From the IMG/VR virus record IMGVR_UViG_3300042945_002791: 64,000 bases of DNA; one strand, written 5' to 3'. The translations under genes and the position numbers were made by a program. Position 1 is the first letter of the stretch. Each line of letters starts with the position of its first letter. Shown one piece after another: positions 34,156 to 44,713 of this stretch. The stretch is from a virus. The notes below the pieces were generated by a model. That model did not search any database. It was not told the origin of the DNA and saw only the letters and a program-made list of their open reading frames with translations.

Positions 34156-34851
34156 CTAGATTTCCTTAAGTTTTATTTTTTGTGATTTTTCTATATCTTC
34201 TGGTTTTGGAACATTACTAGAAACATCCTTATCCATAACGTGTGTTCTGTCATTATAGTCAAACATTGTTACTGCGGAATACTTAACTCCATCAATTACA
34301 GGCAGAGAGGCATGGGAATACATATAGTTAGACGGGAAAAGAAATATGTCGCCTTTTTCTGGTTTAAATGTTATATCTTGTGCTGGAAACCAAAGTTCTC
34401 CGCCTTCGTAATCATCGTTAAAATAACCAACTGATGATACTGTGCAAGAGTAGGAGAATCCATCGTCTGAATGAACCTGGAAATGTTGACCTACTTCATA
34501 TCTAACAAAGTTTATAGCTTCCATGTATTCCATTTTAATATTAAATCTTTTTTCATAATCAACCAAACATTGTCTTATGATAGATTCAGTCTCTTCGTGA
34601 ACCTTTTTTATCTCTTCAAATTCTGGAGTTATCCAATCCCAATGAAGAGGGCTTATCTTTAAATCTACACAATCTCTATAGTCTGGTTTTGATTCATTAT
34701 ATCCGACTAAAGCTTCTTTCCACTTAAAGTATTCATGATTACTATCTTTAAGAACTGCTTCAAGTCTTTCCGGAGCATTAATCTCATCTAATCCGGTATT
34801 CCTATATAGGACTATTCCGAAGTTATAGTCCCCAACATTGTAAGCTTTCAT
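34156..34851 (-). CDS. 2OG-Fe(II) oxygenase, prolyl-4-hydroxylase-like
   Basis: RYEVGQHFQVHSDD...YFNDDYEGGELWF...SHASLPV..GVKY. Confidence 0.88.
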   Translation of the reverse strand: MKAYNVGDYNFGIVLYRNTGLDEINAPERLEAVLKDSNHEYFKWKEALVGYNESKPDYRDCVDLKISPLHWDWITPEFEEIKKVHEETESIIRQCLVDYEKRFNIKMEYMEAINFVRYEVGQHFQVHSDDGFSYSCTVSSVGYFNDDYEGGELWFPAQDITFKPEKGDIFLFPSNYMYSHASLPVIDGVKYSAVTMFDYNDRTHVMDKDVSSNVPKPEDIEKSQKIKLKEI

Positions 34852-34903
34852 TGTTTTCTTCTTTCGTGTAAGAATTTATTATTGATGATATACTACTACT
34901 AAA

Positions 34904-34937
34904 CAGTGTATCATACACTAATCAGTGTATCATACAC
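34904..34937. repeat. Tandem pair of palindromes (CAGTGTATCATACAC x2), putative operator
   Basis: Identical 15-mers at 34904 and 34923, each with dyad GTGTAT-C-ATACAC, in a divergent intergenic region. Confidence 0.75.
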
Positions 34938-34956
34938 CATCTTTAAAAAGGCTTTT

Positions 34957-35592
34957 ATGCAACAAAAAAATACTGAAATCTCATTGGTTAAACCTGGACA
35001 TTTTGGAAAATCTACTGATAATATTAAAATTTTAAATAACTTCATTGAACTTAATGACCTAAAATTGATTCAATCTTTCCTACCTAAAATCAATAAATGG
35101 ATGGATGCTGGAGAAAATCAATACTCAGAAGATGGAACATGTACTTATGACGCATCATACTGGTCTAATAGACAATGTAGTTGGGATATATTAAAAGAGT
35201 TGTCTATAGAAATATATTGTTTAGTTGAAAAATATATAATTAAAATGAAGGTATACTTAGAGCAGGAGTTTAAAGTAGAACTTTCATATAGGCCACCAGT
35301 AATTGTAAGATGGTTTTCCGGCTTAGAGCAGCAACCGCATGCCGACAAGCAGTTGAATGACGGTTCTCCTAATCCGTTTCCAACATACGATTTAAATTCA
35401 CTTTTTTATTACAATGACGAATTTGAAGGTGGACAATTATATTATCCAGATCATGATATAGAAATAACTCCATCACCAGGACTTGCCGTAGCTCATCCAG
35501 GAGATATCTATTATTTACATGGGGTAAAAAAGGTCATTTCAGGAGAAAGATTTACTACGCCATCTTTTTATACTATTACTGAGTTAAAATAA
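34957..35592 (+). CDS. 2OG-Fe(II) oxygenase, prolyl-4-hydroxylase-like
   Basis: HAD...YYNDEFEGGQLYY...HGVKKVISGERF. Confidence 0.88.
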   Translation: MQQKNTEISLVKPGHFGKSTDNIKILNNFIELNDLKLIQSFLPKINKWMDAGENQYSEDGTCTYDASYWSNRQCSWDILKELSIEIYCLVEKYIIKMKVYLEQEFKVELSYRPPVIVRWFSGLEQQPHADKQLNDGSPNPFPTYDLNSLFYYNDEFEGGQLYYPDHDIEITPSPGLAVAHPGDIYYLHGVKKVISGERFTTPSFYTITELK

Positions 35593-35593
35593 T

Positions 35594-36385
35594 ATGTTAA
35601 ATATAAAATCTATTAAAAATTCTTCTTATAGTGATATTGTTGCAAATGTTGATGATTATATAAAAATATTTTTAGATAATGGATTAGTATGCTTTAAGCA
35701 AGTATACTTATCTACTTTTGAGCAGGAACACGTTGTTAATCTTTTTGCAGAAAAGTTAAAGTGGAACTATGTATCAGACGTGCATACAGAAGACCATATT
35801 TATACAATCTCTATGCACGAAAAAACTTTTGATAAAGATGAAATAATAATTGACTGGCACATCGAACATTTAGAAAGAATGTACACTCAAGTTGCAACTT
35901 CTTGGAATATGACAAAATTTACATGCCCTAAAGGTCATGGTAATACTGGCTTTATAGATTCTTCTTATCTGTATTCTCTAATGCCTGATGATTGGCAAGA
36001 GTTTTTAAAGTCCATAATAGTTACCCATAGAACAATGAACTTTCCTCATAGAAGATGCGTAATAAAACATAGGAATAGTGGAAAAAATATTTTAAGATTA
36101 ATTCCACATTTTGCTGAAGATTTATTAGTAAGTGTTAACAATAATAATCCTTCTGATCAAGAATTTCTACTATTTAATAAAATTAAAACATGGTATTGTA
36201 ATCAAGTTAGAAATAATGAATCTATTCAAATGTGGCAGCAATGGGATGAAGGGGATTGCATAGTTCTAGATCTTCTTTATATGATTCATTGCGTAAAAGG
36301 TGGATTCACCTCAAAGGATAGACAGTTTACTAGGAACTGGGCTTATGCTAAGAAATCAGATTTTTTGAAATATGCCAAACAATAA
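35594..36385 (+). CDS. TauD/TfdA-like dioxygenase
   Basis: GLVCFK, WHIE, GNTGFID, WDEGDCIVLD....H, R.F.R. Confidence 0.75.
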   Translation: MLNIKSIKNSSYSDIVANVDDYIKIFLDNGLVCFKQVYLSTFEQEHVVNLFAEKLKWNYVSDVHTEDHIYTISMHEKTFDKDEIIIDWHIEHLERMYTQVATSWNMTKFTCPKGHGNTGFIDSSYLYSLMPDDWQEFLKSIIVTHRTMNFPHRRCVIKHRNSGKNILRLIPHFAEDLLVSVNNNNPSDQEFLLFNKIKTWYCNQVRNNESIQMWQQWDEGDCIVLDLLYMIHCVKGGFTSKDRQFTRNWAYAKKSDFLKYAKQ

Positions 36386-36395
36386 CAAAGCTTAA

Positions 36396-37088
36396 TTAAG
36401 CTTGCAAGTCACCTAGAGCGACCCATGTATCTGTGCCTCTTTTAATTAAAGTTACAGAAGACCATTGGGCTCTAAGTTTTAATCCTGGAGTTGCATTAAC
36501 GGTAACGCCAGAACCTGCAACTAACGTAGTTTGCCCAGCTCCTACCTGAAGAATAGTTATCTGACTTCCTATTGGAAATGCTACTGATGTATTCGTCGGA
36601 ATGGTTACCGTATTAGCTGAAGCAACATTCATTTCAATTAGCTTATCTTTATCAGCTAAGACAAGAGTGTAACTAGCTACTTGAGAATTTGTTATTAAAT
36701 TAGAAGATGTAAAATCTAATGATATTGTTCCATTACCAACTTTTATTTTTTTGTTAGTAGAATCCCAAAAAATTACAGCATCGGTTGTAGAAGAAGTGGT
36801 TGAAAGCGTTAACGAAGATGGAGCCAGAATTGTTATTGGGCCATTTACCCATCCGCTAGCACTACTATACTTAAGAACGTGTTGATCTGCAACACTGTTG
36901 ATAGAAACATCTGTTAAGTCATTAAGACTTGCAGATGCTGGGGCTGCAGAAAATTGCACTATAGCATCGGAGCTGTTTCTATAATATAGTTTTCCGTCGG
37001 CATAATTGATGGCTAATTCACCATAAGCTAAAGATGTCGGTATTTGACTTGTAGTTCCACTTCTTTTTATCTGTATGGTATTAGCCAT
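36396..37088 (-). CDS. Fibre-associated modular protein
   Basis: N-terminus MANTIQIKR...GELAIN shared with 41148..43070; C-terminal domain ...WVALGDLQA shared with 37513..41112. Confidence 0.65.
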   Translation of the reverse strand: MANTIQIKRSGTTSQIPTSLAYGELAINYADGKLYYRNSSDAIVQFSAAPASASLNDLTDVSINSVADQHVLKYSSASGWVNGPITILAPSSLTLSTTSSTTDAVIFWDSTNKKIKVGNGTISLDFTSSNLITNSQVASYTLVLADKDKLIEMNVASANTVTIPTNTSVAFPIGSQITILQVGAGQTTLVAGSGVTVNATPGLKLRAQWSSVTLIKRGTDTWVALGDLQA

Positions 37089-37102
37089 AGTTTTTCTCTA
37101 TT

Positions 37103-37510
37103 TTATTTAAAGCCTGGACAGAAGGACGGTCCAAATGGCGGAGGAAAGAACGGTGGGAAGAATGGCGGGAAGAATGGTGGAAAGAATGGAGGGAAGAATG
37201 GTGGGAAGAATGGAGGGAAGAATGGAGGGAAGAATGGTGGGAAGTATGGAGAATATTTCTCATAAGATACATCTTCTTTTCTTGGGTAAACAGTATTAGC
37301 AACGGGCGATTGAGAGGTTACGTCATCTAATTCGGTTAACCTTGTTCCTGCAGCGTCATCTAAAGGAGTCGTACTAACGGTTCCTTTATCAAATCCCGCA
37401 TCTGTAATCCTAAATGTAGGATTATTTGGATCAGGGGCATTGTCGTCTAATCCAATTAAGTTTGGAACATTATTTTTTCTTGGTCCTGTATTATTTCCAC
37501 TAATAGCCAT
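37103..37510 (-). CDS. PASTA-like domain protein with C-terminal (PPFF)8 repeat
   Basis: VPNLIGL...AGF..G...V.SQSP PASTA-like pattern, then YSPYF(PPFF)8PPPFGPSFCPGFK. Confidence 0.75.
   Translation of the reverse strand: MAISGNNTGPRKNNVPNLIGLDDNAPDPNNPTFRITDAGFDKGTVSTTPLDDAAGTRLTELDDVTSQSPVANTVYPRKEDVSYEKYSPYFPPFFPPFFPPFFPPFFPPFFPPFFPPFFPPFFPPPFGPSFCPGFK
37145..37240 (-). repeat. Eight 12-bp tandem units encoding PPFF
   Basis: CCN CCN TTC TTY x8; differences only at third codon positions. Confidence 0.95.
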
Positions 37511-37512
37511 AA

Positions 37513-40500
37513 TTACGCCTGCAAATCTCCTATAGCAACCCACATATTGGTATCTAACTTAATAAGTGTAGCAGATGACCACTGTGATCGCAACATTTTT
37601 CCTGGAGTAGCATTTACTGTTACTCCAGCTTCTTGTGTTATTGTTAAACTTCCAGATCCTTTTCTTAAAATATCAATTTTATCACCTATAGTAAAGGCTT
37701 GAGAAGAATCTAAAGGTACAGTTACTGTCATTGGGGATGAGTTATCCATAGTAATTAATTTTCCTAAATCAGATAAAATTAAATTATAATTAGTTCCAGT
37801 TTGAACATTTACTTCTGATCTAGATATTGTGCTATTAACAGATATAGTAGGAGTTGCTGCTTCCCCTGAATTATTAGAAATACTAATTCCAGATCCCGCA
37901 ACTAAGTTTTGAACATAATTACCATTTGTATCAGAAGATAAATTTATATTAGAATTAACCCATTGAGATCCATTCCACTTTAGGTACTCACCAGATGATG
38001 GCGATGGAACAGTAACATCTCCAATCGCATCTAACTGAGATACTGTTGCTGTAAATGTTTTCGCAATCCACTGAGATGTTACAGAATCCCATGCCAATAC
38101 CTGATCGCTAGACGGAGTTGCGGCAGAAACGTTCTGGATATCATCAATGCTTGAAATAGGTGGAATTTGTGAATTTACCCAATTTGATCCATCATATTTT
38201 AAAAATTCACCAGAAGAAACAGATGATATAGCAACATCTGAAAGCTCATCTAAAGATGAAGTTAAGGCAGCCCCACTCAGTGCTGCATATATTGACACTC
38301 TTACTGAATTAGAACTAGGTGGAGTTTCAAAATAGATTGTAATAGAATTTAGCGTAGTGGCTTCCCACAATGTATTAAAATTAGAATACGGGGATGTTGT
38401 TTCTGTAAAGTTAACAACAACATCTCTTGTACTTAAATTGTGATTAATGACAAATGTGATATCTGTGCTATTTCCTATAGTTGCAAAATGCGTAGTTCCT
38501 TCTACCGAACTTGGACTAACGGAGTTCACCCATTGTGTTCCATCGTACTTAATAACTTGATTTGGAGTCGCTGCAGTGATTACTACATCACTTAGTCCAT
38601 CTAGACTTAAAGGAATAGCTGCGTTTGCCCACTGTGAACCATTCCAAATTAAACCTTCTCCAGCATTTACTGTACTGACATTAACATCATTAAGGTCATT
38701 TATTGAAGCGCTAGATAGTGCAGCTGAGTGATCGTGTGCATCGTGTCTAGATACATTAAAATACTGAGTATGATCGTCATCAGAAAGCCCAGTCATTAGA
38801 CCATGATCAGATACTGCAGTTGCAGCTCCGCCTATGCCTGCACTAATTATTTGCCTGAGGTCTAATAGATTAACAAATTTTGTTTTAGGAGAGTTTTCAT
38901 AGGAAGTTGCTGTTTGGAATACTATTTTGTACAGTGGCCTAAATTCTACTACTGGAAAACCAGCTAAGTCTAACTCATCCCAAATTGAAGCTTCTGCTGA
39001 ACCTTGATCTGTATATTGAGCTTGACCCATTATAGAAATAATTGGTTCATTTAAATTGTTTGTTGCTACAACAAACATTACTCCAAATTTACTGTTATCA
39101 ATTGCAGTTGACGACCAAGTGCCCGCAGTATTTAAGTTAAACTGTGCTCGTGTTCCACCATTTTTAACAGGAAATTGAGTAGCTACATCTTTTGTCCAAT
39201 GATTATTTAATCTATAAAAAACTGGTATGTATGCACCTGATTGAAGCCTCTGTTGCCAAGTATTTGCAGTTGGAGATGAAGCGTGTTCAATATCAACTTG
39301 AAGATCTTCGTCAAAGAATGTTCCATTAGCTATATCTATCTGAGCATGCGAGTCTTCTGATCCATCACCATTAGGCGGCCCACCAATGATTGATGAGTAC
39401 CAGCTTGCGCCAAATCCATTTGCAATTGCTGCTCCACGAGTTCTGTGTAGGTATTCATGAGTTGCCCAGTCAAGAGTTACACCATGTCTTTCATCCGCAA
39501 AGAAGTACGCCTTATTATCATTTTCATTCCAATAAATATATGCTGTTGGAGTGTCCTGATCCCATGTAAAGAATGTTGTCTTATAAGCAAGAGATCCAGA
39601 TGAGTTAAAATAAATATAATATAAACCAGATGTGTCTGGTATCGTTACTGATTCAGTAGTTGTTTTAACATATCTTTTACCAGTACACCAAACAGTATAT
39701 GAAGTTGATACGGGCGCAATAGAAAATTGTCTTGAACCCTCATCAAAAGATATGACGCTGTCAGCTTTATTCTCATGACCAATTGGCTCAGAAGATGGGC
39801 GAACTGTATTAACCCAAGCTGTGCCGTCATATTCAAGTATCTGACCATTTTGAGCTGATGTTATTGTTAAGTCAGAAAGGTCATTAATACTTCCGCTAAA
39901 AGAAATATTTGGTGTTGCGCCTTCGCCAGAATTATTTGTAATTGTAATTCCATTGCCAGCAACTAAATTTTTAACATAGTCACCAACAGTATCTGTTGTT
40001 AAATTAACTGGATCATTAATCCAGTTTGATCCGTTGTATCTTAAGAAGTCCCCATTAGCAGCGTCTGTAATAACTACGTCTGACAAATCGGATATTTCAT
40101 GATTAGAAATATCAGATACAGTACCAGTTACATTACCAACAAGACTTGCATTAACAGTATTAAATGTTACTGTATCAGTAGTTCCTACCGATTGGCCGAT
40201 TGATATAGTTGGAGTAGAACCTTCTCCAGTGTTATTTAATAAACTTACGCCAGTTCCTGCAACTAAAGATGCCACATAGTTGCCCGTAGTATCTGTTCCA
40301 AGAGCTACGGAATTAGCTACTATTGTAGCAACGCCAGTATTGGATATTGTAATATCTCCCGATATTGTCGTGTATGTTGGGACTCCTGATGCATTAGCAA
40401 TTATTATTTGCCCAGAAGTGCCAGATGCTAACTTGGATATAGCAATTGCTGCTGACGCATTAATGTCAGCATCAACGATAACTGCTGAAGATATTGCTGT

Positions 40501-41112
40501 TAATCCAGCTCCATTGATTGTTATATCTCCAGAAACAGTTGTTGCTGTTATTACCCCAGTTGTTGTGGTTCCTAAGAGAATTTGTCCAGCGGTTGCATTT
40601 GCCAACTTGCTATGGGCAATAGCGGCAGAAGTATTAATATCTGCATTAACAATAGTGTTGTCAACAATCATTTCACTTGTTATAGTGCCATTGTCTAATG
40701 TAGAAATTATATTGCTATAGTTTATGCCATCATTGGTAAATTGCCACTTATTTATGGATTCATTCCATCTAATTTGGACATTGGTAGAAGTTCCTCTTTC
40801 AACTTCTAAACCTGCTGTTGAAGAAGTAGCTGCCCCATCTGTAGAGTTGACAACAATAAAATTATCTTTTATAACGACAGACTCAGCGTCTACAGTGATC
40901 GTTGATCCTTCTACATAAAGATTTCCTGCAATATCAACGTCGCCAGTTATCTCAACCTTATCATCAGTTTCTATAACAGATAAATCTTTTCTTAACCAAG
41001 ACCATGTCGTAGCTACTGGTGTTCCGGCATCGTTTAGGTACCAAACAATTCCATTTACTGGATCAAGAGCTATCTCACCCTGGGATATAGAAGGAGGCAT
41101 GGGTAAACTCAT
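37513..41112 (-). CDS. Long fibre protein
   Basis: 1199 aa, Thr/Ser/Gly-rich; repeated L.DLSDV.I.....G..L.YDG..W.N units and DTxGNYV..LVAG.G units. Confidence 0.75.
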   Translation of the reverse strand: MSLPMPPSISQGEIALDPVNGIVWYLNDAGTPVATTWSWLRKDLSVIETDDKVEITGDVDIAGNLYVEGSTITVDAESVVIKDNFIVVNSTDGAATSSTAGLEVERGTSTNVQIRWNESINKWQFTNDGINYSNIISTLDNGTITSEMIVDNTIVNADINTSAAIAHSKLANATAGQILLGTTTTGVITATTVSGDITINGAGLTAISSAVIVDADINASAAIAISKLASGTSGQIIIANASGVPTYTTISGDITISNTGVATIVANSVALGTDTTGNYVASLVAGTGVSLLNNTGEGSTPTISIGQSVGTTDTVTFNTVNASLVGNVTGTVSDISNHEISDLSDVVITDAANGDFLRYNGSNWINDPVNLTTDTVGDYVKNLVAGNGITITNNSGEGATPNISFSGSINDLSDLTITSAQNGQILEYDGTAWVNTVRPSSEPIGHENKADSVISFDEGSRQFSIAPVSTSYTVWCTGKRYVKTTTESVTIPDTSGLYYIYFNSSGSLAYKTTFFTWDQDTPTAYIYWNENDNKAYFFADERHGVTLDWATHEYLHRTRGAAIANGFGASWYSSIIGGPPNGDGSEDSHAQIDIANGTFFDEDLQVDIEHASSPTANTWQQRLQSGAYIPVFYRLNNHWTKDVATQFPVKNGGTRAQFNLNTAGTWSSTAIDNSKFGVMFVVATNNLNEPIISIMGQAQYTDQGSAEASIWDELDLAGFPVVEFRPLYKIVFQTATSYENSPKTKFVNLLDLRQIISAGIGGAATAVSDHGLMTGLSDDDHTQYFNVSRHDAHDHSAALSSASINDLNDVNVSTVNAGEGLIWNGSQWANAAIPLSLDGLSDVVITAATPNQVIKYDGTQWVNSVSPSSVEGTTHFATIGNSTDITFVINHNLSTRDVVVNFTETTSPYSNFNTLWEATTLNSITIYFETPPSSNSVRVSIYAALSGAALTSSLDELSDVAISSVSSGEFLKYDGSNWVNSQIPPISSIDDIQNVSAATPSSDQVLAWDSVTSQWIAKTFTATVSQLDAIGDVTVPSPSSGEYLKWNGSQWVNSNINLSSDTNGNYVQNLVAGSGISISNNSGEAATPTISVNSTISRSEVNVQTGTNYNLILSDLGKLITMDNSSPMTVTVPLDSSQAFTIGDKIDILRKGSGSLTITQEAGVTVNATPGKMLRSQWSSATLIKLDTNMWVAIGDLQA

Positions 41113-41147
41113 TTATTCTCCTTTTTATTCTATAATAATATTAACTA

Positions 41148-43070
41148 TTAAAATGTACCGCCATCAAAAGTGATACCATCAATAGATCCACCTGTAATGC
41201 TAACATTATTTGAGTTTTGAGTAGCTATACTTCCAAGACCAAGAGTTGTTCTTCCCGCTGAAGCATCTGCGTCATCAACTAAACTTCTACCAAAGCTAGT
41301 AAATGTAGCCAAAGATGCTGTACCAGAACCAGTAAAATATGGAAGTCTATCAGCAGCAGAGGTGAGACCAGCTATGGCTGCAAGTTCTGCGTCATAGGCC
41401 TGTACGTCTGTTCCTATTGCAAGACCAAGATTTGTCCTGGCTGTACCAGCATCTGTTGCACCAGTTCCACCGTAGGAAATGCCAACTGCAGTGCCCTGCC
41501 ATGTGCCTGTTGCTATAGTGCCAACTGATGTTAAGCTAGAGGCGGTAACTCCAGAACCAAGAGTGTTTCCACTCAATACTGATGTCCCATTGATATAAAA
41601 AGCTTTTTCAGAAGCAAGGTTTAAGTGCTCAGAAGATGTCCATGCGTCTGTTGCGTCAACCCAGTTGAATGTTTTATCAGTTGTGCCTTTAAGGGTGATT
41701 CCACCGCCATCTGCACCTGCGTCAGAAGGTGAAGCGGTAGCACCAAGTTCTAAGTTTTTGTCATCAACTGTAACTGTAGTTGAGTTAACAGTTGTAGTAG
41801 TTCCATTAACTGTTAGGTTTCCAGTAATTGTTACGTTTCCACCTGCGGCTACGTCATTAAATTGAACATTACTATTAGTTGCAACTGCCTGACCTATCGC
41901 AATTGTTGCGTTTGAACCTTCTCCTGGAGTATGTGTAATTGTTACGCCAGTTCCAGCCGTTAGGTCGGCCATATAGTTGCCAGTAGTATCTGTACCAAGG
42001 GCAATTGTACCCAGAAGTGCTACTGTTCCTGTTGCGTTTGGTAGAGTAATTGTTCTATCAGCAGTTGGATCCGTTACCGACAGTGTTGTTTCAAAGTTAT
42101 CTGCGGTTGCACCTTCAAAAACAAGAGAACCGTTTAAATTAAGACTTGCAAATGTTGGAGAATCTGAAGTTGCAACAGCCTGGCCAATAGATACGGTTGC
42201 GGTTGAACCTTCTCCTGGGGTATGACTTACTGTGACACCAGTTCCTGCTGTTACATCAACCATGTAGTTTCCGGTTGTATCAGTGCCCAAAGCAACTGAG
42301 TTAGCAGCAATTGTTGCAGTAAGAGTTGCATTGCCGAGATTAGTAACTGTAGCGCTACCACTTAAATCTCCGCCAAGAGTAATTGTAAAGTCTGCAACAT
42401 CAAAATCTAAAGTATTATCAGTATCATCGTACGATACGCTGATGCCAGATTCTGTATTTGAAGAAACCATAGCGCCTACGGCATCTGCTACTGCTTCATT
42501 AAAGTCTGTAACAGCTGTTGAAGCTATGGCTATATTTGCTGTTCCAGCTGCAGTTAAACGACCTTGTGAATCAACGGTAAATGTACTTACAGCTGTAGCT
42601 GACCCATATGAACCTGCTGTTACTGCTGTATTGTCAAGATCAATTGTAACTTTGTCGCCAGTTCCTGCTGTTGCAGTAAGGCCAGTTCCACCAGAAACCG
42701 TAAGCGTATCTCCTAAGGTTATGGTCTGGCTTGTGCCACCATCTCCTGCTAATGTAAAAGATCCAGATACTGCAGAAACAGCACTATCAACATATGCTTT
42801 GGTTGCTGCGTGTGTATCGGAACTTGGAGTGGGAACTATTACTGTTCCTGTAAATGTTTTGTTTCCTGAAATTGTTTGATTTCCAGTAAGTGTTGCAAAA
42901 GCACCGGGACCAGCTATTGCAAGTACGGAAGTTGCATCTCCGCTTGAATCGCCCTTGCCATAATAAAGAGTCTCATCAACTTCATTAAAAGCTAGTTCTG
43001 CATTTTTTAAACCCGATGGAGCACCTGCTGCGCCACTAGTTCTTCTTTTAATTCTAATTGTATTAGCCAT
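41148..43070 (-). CDS. Fibre protein
   Basis: 640 aa Thr/Gly/Ala-rich; [22 protein letters not shown] fibre motifs; ends DGGTF. Confidence 0.75.
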   Translation of the reverse strand: MANTIRIKRRTSGAAGAPSGLKNAELAFNEVDETLYYGKGDSSGDATSVLAIAGPGAFATLTGNQTISGNKTFTGTVIVPTPSSDTHAATKAYVDSAVSAVSGSFTLAGDGGTSQTITLGDTLTVSGGTGLTATAGTGDKVTIDLDNTAVTAGSYGSATAVSTFTVDSQGRLTAAGTANIAIASTAVTDFNEAVADAVGAMVSSNTESGISVSYDDTDNTLDFDVADFTITLGGDLSGSATVTNLGNATLTATIAANSVALGTDTTGNYMVDVTAGTGVTVSHTPGEGSTATVSIGQAVATSDSPTFASLNLNGSLVFEGATADNFETTLSVTDPTADRTITLPNATGTVALLGTIALGTDTTGNYMADLTAGTGVTITHTPGEGSNATIAIGQAVATNSNVQFNDVAAGGNVTITGNLTVNGTTTTVNSTTVTVDDKNLELGATASPSDAGADGGGITLKGTTDKTFNWVDATDAWTSSEHLNLASEKAFYINGTSVLSGNTLGSGVTASSLTSVGTIATGTWQGTAVGISYGGTGATDAGTARTNLGLAIGTDVQAYDAELAAIAGLTSAADRLPYFTGSGTASLATFTSFGRSLVDDADASAGRTTLGLGSIATQNSNNVSITGGSIDGITFDGGTF

Positions 43071-43409
43071 TTAAAAGTTTCCTCCATCTGTTATTTCTTT
43101 TTCCGGCGCGTTTACCCATGCAGATCCGTTGTATCTCAATACGTCATTGCTGCCAACTGAACTAATAGTAACGTCTGATAGTCCATTTAAAAGCGATTGA
43201 GAATTTATTAATGTTTCTACATTAATAATTCTATCTTTTATAGTTAAATGAATTCCAGCTGGATTAATTCCCAGGACTGTTTGTAGTGCTTCTACTGCAT
43301 CATTTAAGTTTGCATGCTGCTGATGATGAGGCACAGCTCCAGAATTTAAAGTATCTGTAGCTGTTGGATTAATAAAATTATCTAAACCACCGGGATATGA
43401 GGTTGCCAC
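43071..43409 (-). CDS. Small virion/fibre adaptor protein
   Basis: HANLNDAVEALQ, LNGLSDV repeat, ends DGGNF. Confidence 0.6.
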   Translation of the reverse strand: MATSYPGGLDNFINPTATDTLNSGAVPHHQQHANLNDAVEALQTVLGINPAGIHLTIKDRIINVETLINSQSLLNGLSDVTISSVGSNDVLRYNGSAWVNAPEKEITDGGNF

Positions 43410-43420
43410 TTTTTTTTCTC

Positions 43421-43831
43421 CTATAAAGATAAAATCTTACTTGCTTCGTTACTCCAGTTTACTGACACCGTTGTTGATTGCGATGAACCAGGAAAAGGAA
43501 GCCCTGTAGCTGTGTCTATATATAATAGTAATATTGAAGAAGAATCATTCACTCCAACCTGATATAAAATTGCAGCTTGCAATGCGGTATTGGGTGGTAA
43601 TGAAAAATTAAAATCATTAGCGTCTACTACCCCTAAAACATTCGTAATATTTTGAATATTTTCAGATCTATAGACTACTGATGAACTTAAGATATCTGAT
43701 ACAAATTGATGTGTATTTTGATTTGGCACATACGTAGAATTGGTAAATAAAACTTTAAAATTATTAGAGGAAAAATTAATATTTCCATTTAAAATATTTT
43801 GCTTTGCTTTACCATAGACAAAATTAGCCAT
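43421..43831 (-). CDS. Small virion structural protein
   Basis: 136 aa in structural operon; LLLYIDTATGLP. Confidence 0.55.
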   Translation of the reverse strand: MANFVYGKAKQNILNGNINFSSNNFKVLFTNSTYVPNQNTHQFVSDILSSSVVYRSENIQNITNVLGVVDANDFNFSLPPNTALQAAILYQVGVNDSSSILLLYIDTATGLPFPGSSQSTTVSVNWSNEASKILSL

Positions 43832-44613
43832 TACACACCTATGTCTTTTGAAACAATAATCCTATATTTATATCCAGTTTCAAAATATTCTTTGTTTTCT
43901 TGATAATATGAAGGAGTAGCGTCGTTTAATGATGGAAAGTCTAAATAAATTTCTGGCTTCCATGCGTGCATTGAAATAGCTGTTGAAATATTTTCCCAGC
44001 GAGATGGCTGTCTTTGTATTGGCTTTCTTTGTGCTTTAAAGTACTTTGTATTTAAAAAGTTTGAAGCTGGACGTTCATTAAATGTGATTGTAACTCTTCC
44101 GTCATTGTATGAGTTATCAATATAAAAATCTCCATTAACTGGATCAGCTGAAGAAATATAAAAGTTTGGATTTTTTGCTAGAATTTGAACACTGGAGTAG
44201 GCGTCTACTCTAATTGATTTGTCTTCTATTAAAAGCTCTTGGAGTTCTGGTTCATTAACAGAGTTAAAAGGCGGAGTTGCTGGTGCTTGATTGCTTGCTA
44301 GTGTTGTGAAAACAATCTTTTCTTCATCAATAGGCTCATTAGCCGCATCTGTGAAATTCTGTAGTTTTATTTCATATTCTGTGGATGCAGATAATAAAAC
44401 ATTCCATGTTAATTTCAGTGTTCTTGATATTTGATTATAATCAGAAATAGTATCAATTGCTTTAAAGGGATTTGAAACAATTGATGGTGTTGCTGCTGTT
44501 GTTTGAACAATAATATTAGAATTAGTTATAGAACTAATCTTTATTGTTCTTCCAAACTTTATGGTAACTGTACCAATACCAACTGCAGCACTCTGGATTA
44601 GATTTATGGCCAC
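43831..44613 (-). CDS. Ig-like domain virion protein
   Basis: Two Ig-like repeats (TIKFGR / TITFNE, L...TEYEI / ETGYKYRI); three ATP motifs. Confidence 0.55.
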   Translation of the reverse strand: MAINLIQSAAVGIGTVTIKFGRTIKISSITNSNIIVQTTAATPSIVSNPFKAIDTISDYNQISRTLKLTWNVLLSASTEYEIKLQNFTDAANEPIDEEKIVFTTLASNQAPATPPFNSVNEPELQELLIEDKSIRVDAYSSVQILAKNPNFYISSADPVNGDFYIDNSYNDGRVTITFNERPASNFLNTKYFKAQRKPIQRQPSRWENISTAISMHAWKPEIYLDFPSLNDATPSYYQENKEYFETGYKYRIIVSKDIGV

Positions 44614-44643
44614 TTTTATCTCCAGTCAAAACTTTATAACATA

Positions 44644-44651
44644 TATAGTAA
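44644..44651 (-). promoter_or_regulatory. Putative late promoter (TTACTATA)
   Basis: Just downstream of the capsid terminator, ~31 nt upstream of start 44613. Confidence 0.55.
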
Positions 44652-44675
44652 TTGATTAAGCCCACAAAAGTAACG

Positions 44676-44705
44676 AGGGGGAGTGGCTTTTACACCACTC
44701 CCCCT
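44676..44705 (-). terminator. Intrinsic terminator-like hairpin after the major capsid gene
   Basis: AGGGGGAGTGG / CCACTCCCCCT 11-bp stem followed by CGTTACTTTT on the minus strand. Confidence 0.75.
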
Positions 44706-44713
44706 ACGCCACA

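Noticed and set aside
37044-37302. GGKN-repeat (+) and HSS-repeat (-) ORFs; CRISPR-like array
   Set aside because: These are alternative frames of the PPFF repeat; variation is synonymous in the PPFF frame and there are no spacers.
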